Shown piece after piece: positions 63,463 through 64,000 of a stretch of DNA of 64,000 nucleotides; position 1 is the first letter of the stretch; every line of letters starts with the position of its first letter. The stretch spans positions 62,808,001-62,872,000 of the forward strand of contig CM052816.1 in assembly GCA_028534125.1 (NCBI GenBank). The letters run 5' to 3'. This DNA is from Lama glama (Eukaryota). The position numbers were made by a program, and so were the translations under genes. The notes under the pieces were generated by a model, which saw only the letters and a program-made list of their open reading frames with translations, ran no database searches and was not told the origin of the DNA.

Positions 63463-64000
63463 TTATAAATGAAAACAAAGAGTATCAGAGAAGATATTTT
63501 ATAAGTTTTACCAAGTGGTTAGTGACAGATTTCAGACTCATATTCCCAAAAAGCATTTTATTTTATGATATAGTACACCAGAAAACATCTCCTAGGATTT
63601 CCTCAGTATAAGAAGCTTTACCAAAGGAGTGACTCATTCCCTTTTCTTTTCTTTTCTTCTTATTTTATTTGGGGGTGGGGGTGGGGTGGAGAACTGTTTG
63701 GCTTGCAGGTTATTTTTATTCATATGATATTATATATATATTACTATATGAATTACTGGCTCTAGGTCTGCCAGAAAATATCATGCATTAATAGTAAATA
63801 TAGACACGAAATAATAAACACAGAAATGCAGATAGTAAATATAGGCATGAAAACTGAATTTAAATCATATATTTAACAATGACTGTATAGACAGATGATT
63901 TGCAAAGATTAATATAATAAAATGTAAGCTACACATTATAGGCTTCGTAAAATCCTTGTGTCTCTGAAAATGCCATACCAGAGATCTGCATTTCTAATAA

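Noticed and set aside
63671..63689. G-quadruplex candidate gggggtgggggtggggtgg
   Set aside because: The fourth tract has only two Gs, the site is isolated, and there is no context suggesting function.
1..64000. A novel multi-gene biological system (defence island, operon, CRISPR and similar)
   Set aside because: The window is repeat-rich mammalian non-coding DNA with no intact genes. All RT, endonuclease and integrase signatures belong to decayed L1 and ERVL elements.

Overview
This is AT-rich mammalian non-coding DNA (intergenic or deep intronic). It is most likely camelid, because it carries a tRNA-Ala(AGC)-derived SINE of the camelid type at 49726-49816 and young L1 3' ends of a matching type. 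I find no supportable protein-coding gene, functional RNA gene or CRISPR array. The recognisable ORFs are degenerate LINE-1 ORF1/ORF2 fragments, and the rest are gap-spanning artefacts or chance ORFs. A large part of the window is transposable-element debris: L1 of several ages, L2, MIR, MaLR/ERVL/ERV1 LTRs, an ERVL integrase relic and hAT MITEs. There are also microsatellites and two 500-N assembly gaps. I do not see a novel biological system. The notable signals are structural: (1) a 2.36-kb L1 that keeps both termini and a TSD but has several internal deletions; (2) an L1 apparently primed internally in its 3'UTR; (3) a 42-bp L1 tip with a perfect 17-bp TSD; (4) a ~345-bp local duplication with a sharp identity step; (5) a templated micro-rearrangement; (6) a MER41-like solo LTR with STAT-like motifs; (7) a 199-bp false duplication around a gap. 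Repeat subfamily names are by-eye recognitions and need Dfam/RepeatMasker confirmation. Boundaries without TSDs are approximate.
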